Assembly: GCF_000143415.4 (NCBI RefSeq)
Contig: NW_003314289.1
Span: forward strand, 153,109-217,108
Length of the DNA stretch: 64,000 nt
Direction: 5' to 3'
Source: Selaginella moellendorffii
Taxonomy: Eukaryota; Plantae; Lycopodiophyta
The position numbers and the translations under genes are program-made. Under the pieces are notes generated by a model. It was not told where the DNA came from. It worked only from the letters and a program-made list of their open reading frames with translations, and made no database searches. Positions 52,460 to 64,000 of the stretch are shown here, piece by piece. The stretch's first letter is position 1, and the number at the start of each line of letters is the position of its first letter.

Positions 52460-54220
52460 AGAGCATGAATACACCCGGTTCTTGGCCAAGGAGACAGAGT
52501 CGAAGCACAGCAGGGATCATCTCTTTCCACTGGCAATCGAGAAATTCTCAAGGGAGGACCTCATAAAGAGAGGACATAGTTGATAGTGCAAAGGACGAGG
52601 CCTCGAATCCTTCGCTGCTCTCTAAGAACCACCACGGGATGCCCAAGGTACTGTTTATAAGCACGCCACATCGCCGTATCCGGTCCATGCCTCTTTCTTT
52701 TCGTTGGGGTACACCATGACAACAACCAATGCCAGGATTTAAATCTGTGTGTTGAAGAATGGAAGCTATTACCACATTGCTTCAACAGTGCAGTCCCTCA
52801 CAGCTTTCTCCATGAAGGACGGAGTGCGCTCCTTGCAGAAACCATTTGCTAGAACCTGACAAGAAGAAAAGAATCAAAGTTTGTACACACAAACAAGTAT
52901 ATACGTCCTCCTCCTCCTGCGTGCTAGAATCCTGTGTCCCAAGCCGGTCATCTGGTCCAAGAAAACTCTTTAGAAAGAGAACACATATAACTCTGGAGAG
53001 GCACCACTTACACGTCAAGTCGTGGTCATAATAGATTCGGAGGTCGTAGCGTCCACGCCAGATGCGAGCGTGCTGCGTGCAAGCCGAGATGACATGGTAG
53101 TGCGGCAATACAGCCAGCGGCGGCCTCTCGAGAGCAAGCGATCGCAGGAGCTTGTTGTTGTGGATCCCTTCAAGCAGCAACATTAATTCCTTGATACGCA
53201 AAGGGGCAGAGTCGGCGGCGTCCACTGGAACACACGAGTCAGGCAAGATGAATGGATGTCCCGCAAGCTGCGAGTAAGCCAGTTTTGCTTGGTCTTCTCG
53301 AGCGTGGTCCCATCAATGGTTACGTTGGTGAGATCGACCAATCAACGAGATTTTAATGTTATCAGCTACAAGCTCTATCATTCTATCATTCGCGCTGGGA
53401 ACTCAAGGTTAGTTACTCACCAGATTGTCCACTGGGAGAGAACCGAAGCATATCACAACTTTGGACACCAAGTCCAGTAGCTTTGGCACTTCCCCCATAA
53501 ACGTGGTACTCAAAGGGGAGATTTTGATGCTCCACTGCTCCCTCTCTTCCTCTATGCAACGCCCTGCAGCTGTTGTCAACAAGAGAATAAAAAAGACTTT
53601 TCACATCTATATTCCCCATTGGAAAAGGTTCGCCAGCAAGAGATCCGTCCCAATAACGTTGCGCGCCACCTCTTTGGAACTCACTGTACGTAATGAAACG
53701 AGAAAACTTTAGCCTCAATACAAACCTTTGGTGTTCCTGTCCTCGCAAAACTCGCTCCACAAGGGCTCCAGGTGCTCCGTCACCTCCTCGTCTTGCTTCC
53801 ATGAGGCAAGGCTTGTAAGTCCAGTCCGCGAGAGCAGCACCCGGCGAGCGAAATCAACCATGCAGTCCATCTGCGCTCGCGCGTCATCCCAGCCCAGCGT
53901 TGCAGCACAAGCACTCCTCTCCGCATCTGACAGGCGGGCAATGTAGCAGAGTGCCAGCACCAGGAACAGCGTCTCGTCCGGATCAGAGGGACGCCATCTC
54001 GCAAGCATGGCATCTAAGCATGCGCTTTCGTGCTCGTCCAGCACCGCTGCCTCCTTCTCATGCGGCCGAGCTGCTCTAGAGACACTGCCTGAGCATAATC
54101 AATATCTTGCCTTGTAATGGTCATGACAAATTCTAACCCTTCAAGATCTCGGTGGACACACATGGCCCGAGCGGAGAAAAAGTAGCTGAGAGATTCCTAC
54201 GAAAAGCAGAAAACTTGGAA
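52460..54220 (-). pseudogene. Family X copy 5, diverged and probably disrupted
   Basis: DPDETLFLVLALCYIARLSDAERSACAATLGWD, LLLEGIHNNKLLRSLALERPP, DTAMWRAYKQYLGHPV. Deletions, and the tail is inverted. Confidence 0.8.
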
Positions 54221-54673
54221 ACACTGCCAAACTTTTTAGGTTCTTACCGAAGAGAATTTTTTTTAGGGTTAAAAAGGGTATTAAATTAATGGCGGAAGTC
54301 TAACAAATGGAATTATTTAATCAAGTGATTAAATTCAAGGAGCCTAATACTCTAGTCAAATGAAATATGTTACAAAAAAACGAGAGACAACTCACTACCA
54401 TCATCTTGCCTGGCGTCCGCACAATCAAATCACTCTCGAGAGCTTGTTTCCCGAGCCAGGAACTCAAGCTCGCCATCTTCCCTTCTTTTGCTCCCTGTGA
54501 TCTCGCTATCCTTCAGCAGTAAACACTTTCAGCAAGAACATCCAAGTCGATGAGAAGCCGAGCTCGAAACCACCATCTCGAGCAAGAATCCGACTAGCCT
54601 GTGTAAATCAATGATCAATCTTCCATCCCTTCCATCTCCGCCACCACCACCACCACCACCGCTCCCTCTAAAA

Positions 54674-57664
54674 CTATAGCAGCCAAATGTCACTATGGTC
54701 GTTCCTGTTAGCATCGTCCCGCTTGTACCGCAGTAGCGCCGACTCACTCACTGTCCCATTGTCCGCGTTTCTCACTCGGTACCACGGACGCTTCGGTTTG
54801 ATCGATGTCGCCGCAGTGGGAGCTGACGCGCATTGCTGCTGCTGGCTCGCGAAAGTCCCCACGATGAAACTCTCCGAGTTTGACAGTGCCTGCTGCCTCC
54901 CTGCCCGATCTCCACCAAACGTCCCGGAGTCGTAGTCTATGCTGATGAACGAGTCACTCTCTCGGCAGTGCCTCGCCGCCCCGCTGATTCTCTCGTCGTC
55001 ACCACCACCACCGTTTGCGTACGTTCCACCACCGCCGACGAAAGGATTCCTCGACTTTACGTCCTGCTGCTGGCTTTCCCTGTGCATGCTGCCATTGCCG
55101 GACATGATACCGTCGCTGGCGTCCGAGTCGTTGTACACCAGCTTCAACGCCTGGACAACTTCTCCCATGAGAGGCCTGTGAGAGACGTCCGGCTGGACGC
55201 ACATCGAGGCGATCGCTGCCACCCTGACGAGGTTGTCGAATGGAACGTTGTTCAGAGCCGGGTCGACGAGGATCTCCAGTCCCTCCTTGCTGTTGAGCAG
55301 CGGCCTTGCCCATGTCACTAGATTTTCTTGACCGGGTGGCTGGGACATGTCGACCGGCTTTCTGCCCGACAGTAGCTCGAGTAGCACAACCCCGTAGCTG
55401 TAGACATCGCTCTTCACCAAAAGATGTCCGGTCATTGCGTACTCTGGAGCGACGTAACTGCGCCAGAAAACCAGAGATCAGTTTCTCAGAGGACAAGAGA
55501 AAACTACGCTGTTGAAAACCAGAGCTTACCCGAATGTTCCCATCACTCGGGTAGAAATGTGGGTGCTCATCTCGTCAGAGGCCGCTTTTGCGAGCCCAAA
55601 ATCCGACACTTTGGGAGTGAAATCCTCTTCTAGCAGTATGTTGCTGGCTTTGAAGTCCCTATGTATCACTCTGGGATTTGAATCCTCGTGAAGGTAAGCC
55701 AGACCGCGTGCTGCACCGAGAGCTATCTTCAAACGGGTTTCCCAATCCAAAGGTGAAGTTTCTTGATCAATGCCTGCAGTCATAGATAAACGCTAACAAC
55801 GATGAAGTAGCTTGCACGTACCATGAAGGTGGGATTCAACACTTCCATTTGAAATGAGCTCGAAAACCAAGCATCGTGTGTGTTCTTCGATGCAAATGCC
55901 CAAAAGCTTCACCAGATTACGATGGTGAAGGCGGCTCAGCATTTCCACCTCCGCTGCAAACTCACGGCCGCCCTGGTGATCATCTCTAGTCAAAACTTTG
56001 ACAGCAACTCTTGTGTTGTCGTCTAGAATGCCATGATAAACTCGACCGAAACCTCCCTCTCCAATAATATTCTGCGTCTTGAACCCGTTGGTTGCCCGTT
56101 CTATCTCCAGTAGAGTAAATGTCTTTGCCGAGCCGGTATAAGGCGTGAAGCTCGACGCATAAGAGATTGATGTGGAGCTGGCCATGCTGCTAGAGAGCAT
56201 GGATCCTCCACCTGAAACAAACGACTTTGTCAGTAAAAGATGCTTAGTAAACGAGCAGAATACCTGACTTCTTCGTCACAGACGAGCCAGGCAGCATGGG
56301 TTCAACCATCATAGGTTGCTTGGCATGTTTGCAGCGCCATGCAAACCACACCGCTACTAGGCATATAACGGCAAGCAAAGCAGTCAACACCACAACGGCT
56401 ATGGTTCCAGTGCCGGGCCTTGACCTCCTCTTCTTTACATTGACACTGAGTGGTTGTTCGTAAGGACTTTTAGAGCTTGTAGGTCCTCCCGCATTGCTAC
56501 CGGGCGAAGGAGGGGACGGAGGCAAGCCTGATCATGAGACCAACTTAACATAAAGCATAAAGCAACATTTCAAAAAGAGATTTTACCTGGATATCGAACA
56601 TAAAGGACGCTGTAGCTTCCAAACCGGTCCTCACTAATGCCAACCTCGTGATTCCAAAACTTATGAGCTGTTCGCAAAGCAGTCGCATTGTCAAAGGCAG
56701 CTCCCAAAGGAACTAATTCTGCTTTAACTTCTGTTTCGTCCATGTTATTTTCCACTGTGTTCGCACCCAGAATTCGCACCTGGCTTTGCGAAAACGACGT
56801 CCCTGCCGCCAATTCTGAAGCCAACTCTGACACTTGCGGGAAAAACACATAAGGCGGCACTCCAAGCTGAAGGCTCACCAGCATTGGAATAACACAGCCG
56901 CATGGTTCACCAGCAGTTGAAGTGAATGGATCTGTGCATCGTTCGTGACAGTCTGTGACAAAAAGAAAACGTATTTTGATCGACCTGGGGACATCTAAAA
57001 GCGCGTGTTACCCGTGGACGGTGCTGGCAACGAAGGAATAATACCAGGTGGAGGCATTGGAGAAACGGACGGGCCTGGGCCTAGAAGAAAGAACAAACAA
57101 AAAAGAGTGCTGAAGCTTGAAAATGGAGGTGATCGTTGTTACCTGGAGTTGGCGCCTGGATGTGGACATGACGCCGATGGTGTGGCGATTGTGCTGGAAC
57201 CACTCCCCCGTGACCTCGATGTGTTGGTGCGGGAGCGTGATCGTGACGATGATGGCGATGGTGATGGTGCCCAGTGGTTGGAGCCGAGGCAATGCTTACT
57301 TGGTAGGATGGAGAGTGCTGCCCAGAAAGGAGAAACCGCCGGAAGTGAGTCTTCTCGGTTTGATCAGTAGCGCTGCGCAAACCCATATCATCAAAATGCT
57401 CGCAAGAGAAGATCGAGAAGTAGAAAACCAACTTACCGTCTTCCCAAGCCCTCGATTTCGCTCTCCCCAATTAGAACTCCTGGCACCAAACAACCACCAC
57501 ATAAATTCCTACTCGTTTAAACAACGCACCAGAAGAATAGAAGGAAAAAAAAAAAAACCAAAGAGAGAAAACGAGAACTTACCTTGAGAAGCGGCAATGT
57601 AGAGAGCGCTCAAGCTCAGCACCACTAGCACGGCATTCCCAAAACTCATGGCTAGATGTGCCAT
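54674..57664 (-). CDS. ALE2: ALE2-like (extensin-like / Pro-His-rich ectodomain) receptor-like Ser/Thr kinase
   Basis: Signal peptide, His/Pro-rich segment, conserved [22 protein letters not shown] domain, TM helix, kinase motifs [54 protein letters not shown]. Start at 57664 or 57649. Confidence 0.92.
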
Positions 57665-60106
57665 TCACTGCTCGCTCCCCATTCCTCCACTCTTGCTGCT
57701 CGCTTCCTCCTACATTATCCTCTCCGGCGGCCGTGGAGCGACCCTCCCCACAGGAGAGCCGCCTTCCCAGACCTAAAACCAGCTCCACCGCAAATCGCTG
57801 AGAAATCGCGCTGCCGCATGCCACTACTCCAAAATATTCCCCCTATTTCGTGCAATGCCAGCAGGAAATCCCTTCCCCGGGCGCATCACAAGCTCGGCCT
57901 CGCCCCGGAGCGAGAGAATCCCTGCAATCCCTGCCTGGGCTCCATTCCGGAATCCTCCACGGCCGAAATCCAGCAATCCCTGCCTCTAGCAATGCGCGCC
58001 TGGGCGAGAATGCGGCATCGCGACCTGGAAATCTCGCCTCTCCGCGCCGCTGCTCCAAAGCGCCATCGCTGTCGCCTTCTTCACAATCAATGCCCCTCAA
58101 CTCTGCGAGAGAAGGGAAGTGAGGAAAATAAAAATATACCTTTAAGACCACCTCGCTGGTAAAAGAGAGCGCCCGGCAATTTGGCCGGTCAAAAAAAGCA
58201 ATGGGAGTAATGGCCAGTGGCCACGCCCGCTCACATGGGCCACACTGGACAAAGCGTATGCCCGTTGGGCAGAAACACTAACCGCACTGACGGCGTCAAG
58301 TCCCCGTGTACGAACGAAGAGTACAATTGTTTAGCTGGAAATGACGGTGCAACGCTGACGGACGTAATAGCGGATAAAGGCTCTGACCTCTGGGCAAAAG
58401 TGGGCAATTTTGTGCGCGTAATGCTTGGCCAGTGGCAAAGCAACAAGTGGCCACCAAGCTTAACAGTTGTTAGGTGTGATAGTAATTAAGTAAAATCCTT
58501 TTAGTTAGTGGGAATCTCTTTGAATGGCATTTTTCTCTCTTTTATTTTGAGTTTTTGGAGCATGAAGTGGCCATGTTTCTTTTATAGCCTTGAAGAAGAC
58601 GAAGAACTGATTGCTTGATATTGGTCTTTGCATTGGAGGGGATGAACAAAGGTGTTTCCAAGGTCAAAAGTCTTGGTTGCCTTGAGAGAACTTAAACCCA
58701 CATATTTTCTCTCTCTTTGCAATGTACCATCTTGGGGGTTGGAGCTAAGACTTGGATGAATGATCAAACTACTTACTACTTGCATGGTCAGTTTCCATTG
58801 AAGACTGTGAAGGACGAAGCCAACAAACAAGAAAAAATCAAAATAAAAAAGGAGGAGGAAGAAATAGAGTCTTTTTGGTTCTTCACTTTTCAATGTAAAG
58901 GGTTTTGGTTCCTTCTTTTTGACTGTGATGTTTTTGGCCTGTAGAGCCTGGAACAAAAGACAACAATATCTATCCTGCACAAGTTATTCTCTTTTGGTTG
59001 GTTAGTGTATTGCTAGCTCGCTTAATTTAATTACATTCATAAAAAATTTCTAAACAAAGCCATCTGTGGTTATTGTGTTCAAGTAACTTCAAATATAGTT
59101 TTTCTAGAATTATTTTCTCATCAAAGCTATTAACTGAGTCTTGCATTGCTCACATACTAAAACAATTACTGTTTGTGACCTTATATATTTTCTTACAAGA
59201 GTTGAACATCCAGAACAGTTTTGATAACTTTCGAAACAAATATATTTGAAGTCTTTATGCTGTTCAAAAATTAGTATTTAAGTATTTAATGTGACAGCAT
59301 TAAGAGTACAACTAAATTTGGTCATATATATATATATATAGGTTTTTGAGAAATCTTTTTGATAGGTTAAAAGTCACATCATTTGTTAAAATGTTTGACT
59401 TAAGTATCTTTATCTGTAGATGTTAACCTATTTTCAGAACAAAGCTCATGAAAACATTTTTCCTGATTTGTTTTGTCCAATTAGTTGCTCATCAAATACC
59501 TTCAACCATGTGCTTTGGGAGTTCCTATCACATAATGAAATTGCAAGCATCATATCTGTTTCAGAAGTGTGTATAGAATGTTTTACACAATACATGACGC
59601 ATTATCAATGGACCATCACATAGTTGATTGCTCCTTTTTTATTCACAATGTTCAGCAAGGTGATAGAGGCTCAGCATCACCTTCTCCTAATCAAGGAACA
59701 TCAATTACAGGGATTGAAGCTCAAGCCACCTTTAACTTATTACTTTACAAAAGCACACAGGATATTTACAGAGCAGTAGTAAATATTTGAGTGGAATGTT
59801 CGTGTTAGAGTACTGTGTGATCTATGTTCCAAGTCCACCTAGTCCTCCAAGTCATCAAATTCTTTCTTGGAATAGTAATTCTATATGTTTGAAACAATGT
59901 TATTTATGTGGTTGGCCTCATTTCAGTGGTGACAAACTGTATTCCCCAGATGGGCTTGTAATGCTAATTCTAAACAGCAATGACAACCTTCCCCTTTACA
60001 AAGTTTTCATTCAAGACTTCCAAACACGTTTTCAAACACAAGTGGTAATTTTAGGGAGCTACAGTTAATCTCTGGCTACTAGTTTCAATAACCATGGTGT
60101 TTATTA

Positions 60107-62803
60107 TTAAAATGAACTATTATTTATAAACAAACTTACTGATTTTTCATTTGGCATGATAGATTTATTGTGCATGCTCGATCCACACAAAGTCATCCAC
60201 ACCAGATCATCAGGCTCGTATGGCATGCTGTGGATCAAATCCTCGGCCTTGCCAACTTGTCCCGACCGAGCAAGAACATCCACCATGCACACGTAATGCT
60301 CCACACCAGTTGCCACGCCCAAAGGATCAATCTCTCGCAGCCAAAGCCAGCAATGGTGAGCGTGATCCACGAATCCAGCACGGCTGCAAGCACTCAAAAG
60401 AGTGCTAAAGGTGATGGCATCCGGCTGACAAGATCCATCCAGCCTCATCTCCCAAAACATCTCCACAGACTCCTCGCTTCTTCCATTCTGAGCGTAGCAA
60501 GCGAGGATCGAGTTCCAGGACACGATATCACGATGGTGTTCCATCCACGGATCCCGGAACACGAGTACGGCAGCACTCGAGTCTCCACACCGGCCGTACA
60601 TGGAGATTAACGCGTTTCCAAGCTTGTTCCTGGTGTTCTTGCTTGCAATGGTGGCGTCTCCCAGGATCCGGGAGTGGAGAGACTTGGCTTGCGGCAAATT
60701 CCCCATGCCGGCACAAGCATCGATCATTGCCAGGTAGCTGATATCGTTGAGCTTGACACCAGTTTGATCCATGAGCCTGGAAACTCTGAGAGCTCCCTCG
60801 CAATCGCCACTCTGGACGTAGGCCCCAATCAACGCATTGTAAGTCACGGCTTTTCTTTGGCTCTCGCTCACGCTCCAAAAGACCTCACGAGCTCGCTCGA
60901 GCTCGCCAGCTTTTCCATACAGGTCGATGATTCCACTCCACAGCGATTCTAATCCCATCTCCACGACTCTCGCATGGACAAACCTCAAGTCCAACGCTTC
61001 GATGGCGGCCATGAGTGATACTTCGTCAGCTTTTACGCCTTCCAGCTCCATCTCCTGGAAAGTCTTCGCAGCGCTACAAGGAAGCCCACTCTTGGTATAA
61101 ACAGCCACCATAGCAGTCCACAAGACCACATCCAGAGCCTTGGTTCTCTCAAAAACGCTCTTGGCTTGATGTAGATCCCCGCGAAAGCCATAAGCCGTGA
61201 CCAATGACGCTGCTAGATGAGCCTCCATTCCAAGACCTTTAGCGATGGCATGGAGAAGCTGGACCTGTGGCAAATCTTCAACTCTAGTGCAAGCTTCCAA
61301 GACGCTCACCAAGGTGCTCAAAGTCCCCGCGACGCCTTCCAAGCTCATTTCTCGAAAGAGCTGGAGCGCTTCGTCGCAGTGACCGCCGCGAGACAAAGTG
61401 GAGATCATGGAGTTCCAAGTAACTGGATTGCTGCTACTGCTCACAGTTTCGAAAACTTTCCATGCATCTGCAACGCTCCCGCATTTCCCATACATGCTCA
61501 AAATCGATGTAGCGAGGATCACATCCAGAGGAACCCCACTTTCGACCAAGAATTCGTGTAGTATCCGGCCTTGCCTCAAGTATCCCGGATCCTTGGAGCA
61601 AGCATCAAAGAGACTCACGTACACAACCTCGTCGGCTTTCATCCCTTGAAGATCCATGAAGCAAAAGAGCTGTATGGCCTTCTCGCTGAATCCATGCATG
61701 GAGTAAGCTCCCACCAGGGCCGTGTAAGCAACGACATCGCGTTCGAGCTCGTGGATATCATAAAACACAGCGATTGCAGCTTCTAGATCGCCAAACTTCG
61801 CATAAGACGTGATCAATGCGGTTCCGAGAACTCTGGAACGAGAGGTTTTCGTTGCCGAGGCTTGGATCTCCGATTGAACGACGAGGGCGATGCTCAAAGA
61901 CTCGCAAGACGCGAGAACGTTGAGGAAGGAGATGTCGTCCGCTTGGACGCCTTCCAAGTCCATCAAACAAAAAGCCCGGTACGCCTCCGTGAAAAGCCCA
62001 TTCCATGCATACGCCGCCACCATTGCATTCCAAGCAGCAGCAGTGGGAGAAGAAATGTTGTCAAACAGTTGGCGAGCTTTGAAAAGAGACCCTGCCTGTC
62101 GTCCCAGCAAGTGTATCACGGCACTCGCCACGAAAGGATTCGTCAAGTAGCCACTTTCGATGGCGATTTCCACCACCATGTTTGTAAAAGCAGCGGGAAG
62201 GACCCCGCACGCACCGAAAATCCCAGTGAAAGTGAGAGAGCTCGGCTTTACTCCTTCCAAATTCATAAGCTCGAAAAGAATCATGGCTTCCGCAGAATGC
62301 CATTTCTTGGCATAAGCAGTAAGCAAGCTATTCCATGCTACTACATTCTTTTCTGGCATCTTGTCAAAGAACTCTTTAGCTTCTGAAAATTTCTGGTTCT
62401 TGGTGTAGGAAACGAGCATGGTCGTCCGCGAAACCAAATCCTGGGAAGGCATTCTCTCAAAAACATCTCTAGCAGTGTCCAGATCCCCGTTATGGGCATA
62501 TGCTGTAAGAAGCAGAGTCCAGGAGAAAACATTGGGCTGCTGGATCCGATCAAACGCTGCTTGGGCGTCCATGGGACTGCTAAAGTTTCCATACATCTGG
62601 ACGAGCAAGTTCCCGAGGAAAGTATCGGTGTCAAAGCGGGAGTCTATCAGTTTCGTATGGATCTCTTTCCCCTGTGCCATGTCCGTGCAGTTCCGCAGCA
62701 AAGAGGCATAGGTGGAAGATGCCTGCTGAATAGAGAGGTTGCTCACTCGCTCTAATCGCTCCCTGAAAGGCCCAAGCGTCGCCCATCTCTGATCAATGGC
62801 CAT
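60107..62803 (-). CDS. PLS-class pentatricopeptide repeat protein with partial E domain, no DYW (898 aa, intronless)
   Basis: Repeated V.W..M..AY...G...EA...F..M..EGV motifs, and terminal EHYVCMVDVLARSG..MPYEPDDLVW. Confidence 0.95.
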   Translation of the reverse strand: MAIDQRWATLGPFRERLERVSNLSIQQASSTYASLLRNCTDMAQGKEIHTKLIDSRFDTDTFLGNLLVQMYGNFSSPMDAQAAFDRIQQPNVFSWTLLLTAYAHNGDLDTARDVFERMPSQDLVSRTTMLVSYTKNQKFSEAKEFFDKMPEKNVVAWNSLLTAYAKKWHSAEAMILFELMNLEGVKPSSLTFTGIFGACGVLPAAFTNMVVEIAIESGYLTNPFVASAVIHLLGRQAGSLFKARQLFDNISSPTAAAWNAMVAAYAWNGLFTEAYRAFCLMDLEGVQADDISFLNVLASCESLSIALVVQSEIQASATKTSRSRVLGTALITSYAKFGDLEAAIAVFYDIHELERDVVAYTALVGAYSMHGFSEKAIQLFCFMDLQGMKADEVVYVSLFDACSKDPGYLRQGRILHEFLVESGVPLDVILATSILSMYGKCGSVADAWKVFETVSSSSNPVTWNSMISTLSRGGHCDEALQLFREMSLEGVAGTLSTLVSVLEACTRVEDLPQVQLLHAIAKGLGMEAHLAASLVTAYGFRGDLHQAKSVFERTKALDVVLWTAMVAVYTKSGLPCSAAKTFQEMELEGVKADEVSLMAAIEALDLRFVHARVVEMGLESLWSGIIDLYGKAGELERAREVFWSVSESQRKAVTYNALIGAYVQSGDCEGALRVSRLMDQTGVKLNDISYLAMIDACAGMGNLPQAKSLHSRILGDATIASKNTRNKLGNALISMYGRCGDSSAAVLVFRDPWMEHHRDIVSWNSILACYAQNGRSEESVEMFWEMRLDGSCQPDAITFSTLLSACSRAGFVDHAHHCWLWLREIDPLGVATGVEHYVCMVDVLARSGQVGKAEDLIHSMPYEPDDLVWMTLCGSSMHNKSIMPNEKSVSLFINNSSF

Positions 62804-62857
62804 ACATCTTTAAGAGATCGAAAAGATTTGTTAACATAACCTTGATTAGTGTGTGAA

Positions 62858-62928
62858 GCACTGCTGGTCTAGTGGTAGAATAGTACCCTGCCACGGTACA
62901 GACCCGGGTTCGATTCCCGGGCAGTGCA
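62858..62928 (+). tRNA. trnG-GCC: tRNA-Gly(GCC)
   Basis: 71-nt cloverleaf GCACTGCTGGTCTAGTGGTAGAATAGTACCCTGCCACGGTAC..GGTTCGATTCCC..GCAGTGCA with A and B boxes. Confidence 0.95.
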
Positions 62929-62991
62929 GTGTTTATTGAGTTAAGTATAATTCTGATAATACCGCTTTTACTAGGTTAACCAAAAATAGAA

Positions 62992-63062
62992 TGCACTGCC
63001 CGGGAATCGAACCCGGGTCCGTACCGTGGCAGGGTACTATTCTACCACTAGACCAGCAGTGC
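62992..63062 (-). tRNA. trnG-GCC: tRNA-Gly(GCC), inverted second copy
   Basis: Reverse complement of 62858-62928 with one substitution. T5 terminator just downstream on the minus strand. Confidence 0.95.
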
Positions 63063-63179
63063 TTTAGATAGTAAACAAGGTTTTGTAGCAACGGTTTTGA
63101 TATTAATTAAAACGAGCGTTCATGCTAGGAATTCCTACATCAAACCATGAAAGTTCATACAAATTCTCATACAAAGGTT

Positions 63180-64000
63180 CTACACGATCTTCTTGATTTT
63201 CGAGAAAGACCCCGTTTCCGAAAAGTACGTTGATTGGGTACCGCTTCCAAGCAATGCAGCTTGCGCTGATGGATTCGAGAGCTCGATACCCTGCCGAAGA
63301 ACCGAAAAGAAAACCACCATTTCCCTAAGAACAAAAACGAAAGAGGAGTACCTGAACCGGCGTGAATGCTAAACTAGAGGTGAGACCAGACGTAGCTCCA
63401 CTGCTCCCATACTTCTTCTCTTTAAACCTTCAAATCGAAACACAGAGAATCAGCCCAAGTCTCTCAAAAGCTGGCAAACGCGAGGAGAGAAGAGATCTTA
63501 CTTCTTCACTTTGGTCGAAAGCTTGCTCGGTCCAGCCGATATCCTCAGCTTGCCACTCCCTGCCTGGCCGAGCATCCCATAGCCTTCACCCAGCCCGTCT
63601 CCCAGTGAACTCTCCTCCGGGATGTTAAAGCTCATCCGGTTGGCAAGCTTGCGCATGTCCGTCATCGCGTACCTTAAAGCAAGGAAACAAGCTCGTAACT
63701 TGGTCGCAAACCAGCTCACGACGAGGCCATACCTCTCCTTCATCTTCCTCAATCGCCTCCCTCCTCGCTTCTTCTTTGGGTCCGAGTCGGGCACCGGGAG
63801 TGGCTTGGGCTGCTTTGGCGGAGGCGGCTCCTGCCACTTCTCAATCTTCTTTTGTATCTCCTCCCTGAAAGCCCGTCCAGTTTGCCCGAGACGATCTCCC
63901 ATTGTAGCGTCCACACGGGCCGCCAGCGTCGACTTCCCGGACACGAGACGAGCAGCTCGAGTTCTCAGCGATGGCGGGCTGCCCTGGACGATCTCCGAGT
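63180..64000 (-). CDS. PRP31: U4/U6 snRNP protein Prp31, 3' part (runs off the window)
   Basis: KSTLAARVD, KIEKWQEPPPPKQPKPLPVPD..KKKRGGRRLRKMKERY, TDMRKLANRM.F, GLTSSLAFTPVQGIELSNP. Confidence 0.95.

Noticed and set aside
58500-60060. Short ORFs between ALE2 and the PPR gene
   Set aside because: Low-complexity or unrecognisable, with no supportable gene model.

Overview
Eukaryotic, gene-dense plant nuclear DNA with very short (about 50-60 bp) GT-AG introns, a flagellar gene (DRC7) and a PLS-class PPR gene. This combination points to a seed-free land plant with motile sperm, most likely the lycophyte Selaginella (inference, not a database result). Left half: F-box-like gene, SMYD4-like TPR/MYND/SET gene, a decayed Ty3/gypsy element with a nested insert, neprosin gene 1, beta-amylase, a long LRR-Kelch-DRC7 gene, RPL7, MAP65 and neprosin gene 2. 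From about 30.2 to 55.6 kb lies a large inverted duplication. It is built from repeated copies of an orphan 7-exon gene ('family X', about 520 aa, mitochondrial-type presequence) and 3' fragments of the neighbouring ALE2-like kinase. Its two innermost X copies form a near-perfect 2 kb inverted repeat. The left arm carries a full-length Ty3/gypsy element and a PIF/Harbinger transposon, which in turn carries a 185-bp solo LTR with a 5S rRNA-like core (Cassandra-like). Right end: ALE2-like receptor kinase, PPR (PLS-E) gene, an inverted pair of tRNA-Gly(GCC) genes and the 3' part of PRP31. Exon models and sequence comparisons were made by eye.
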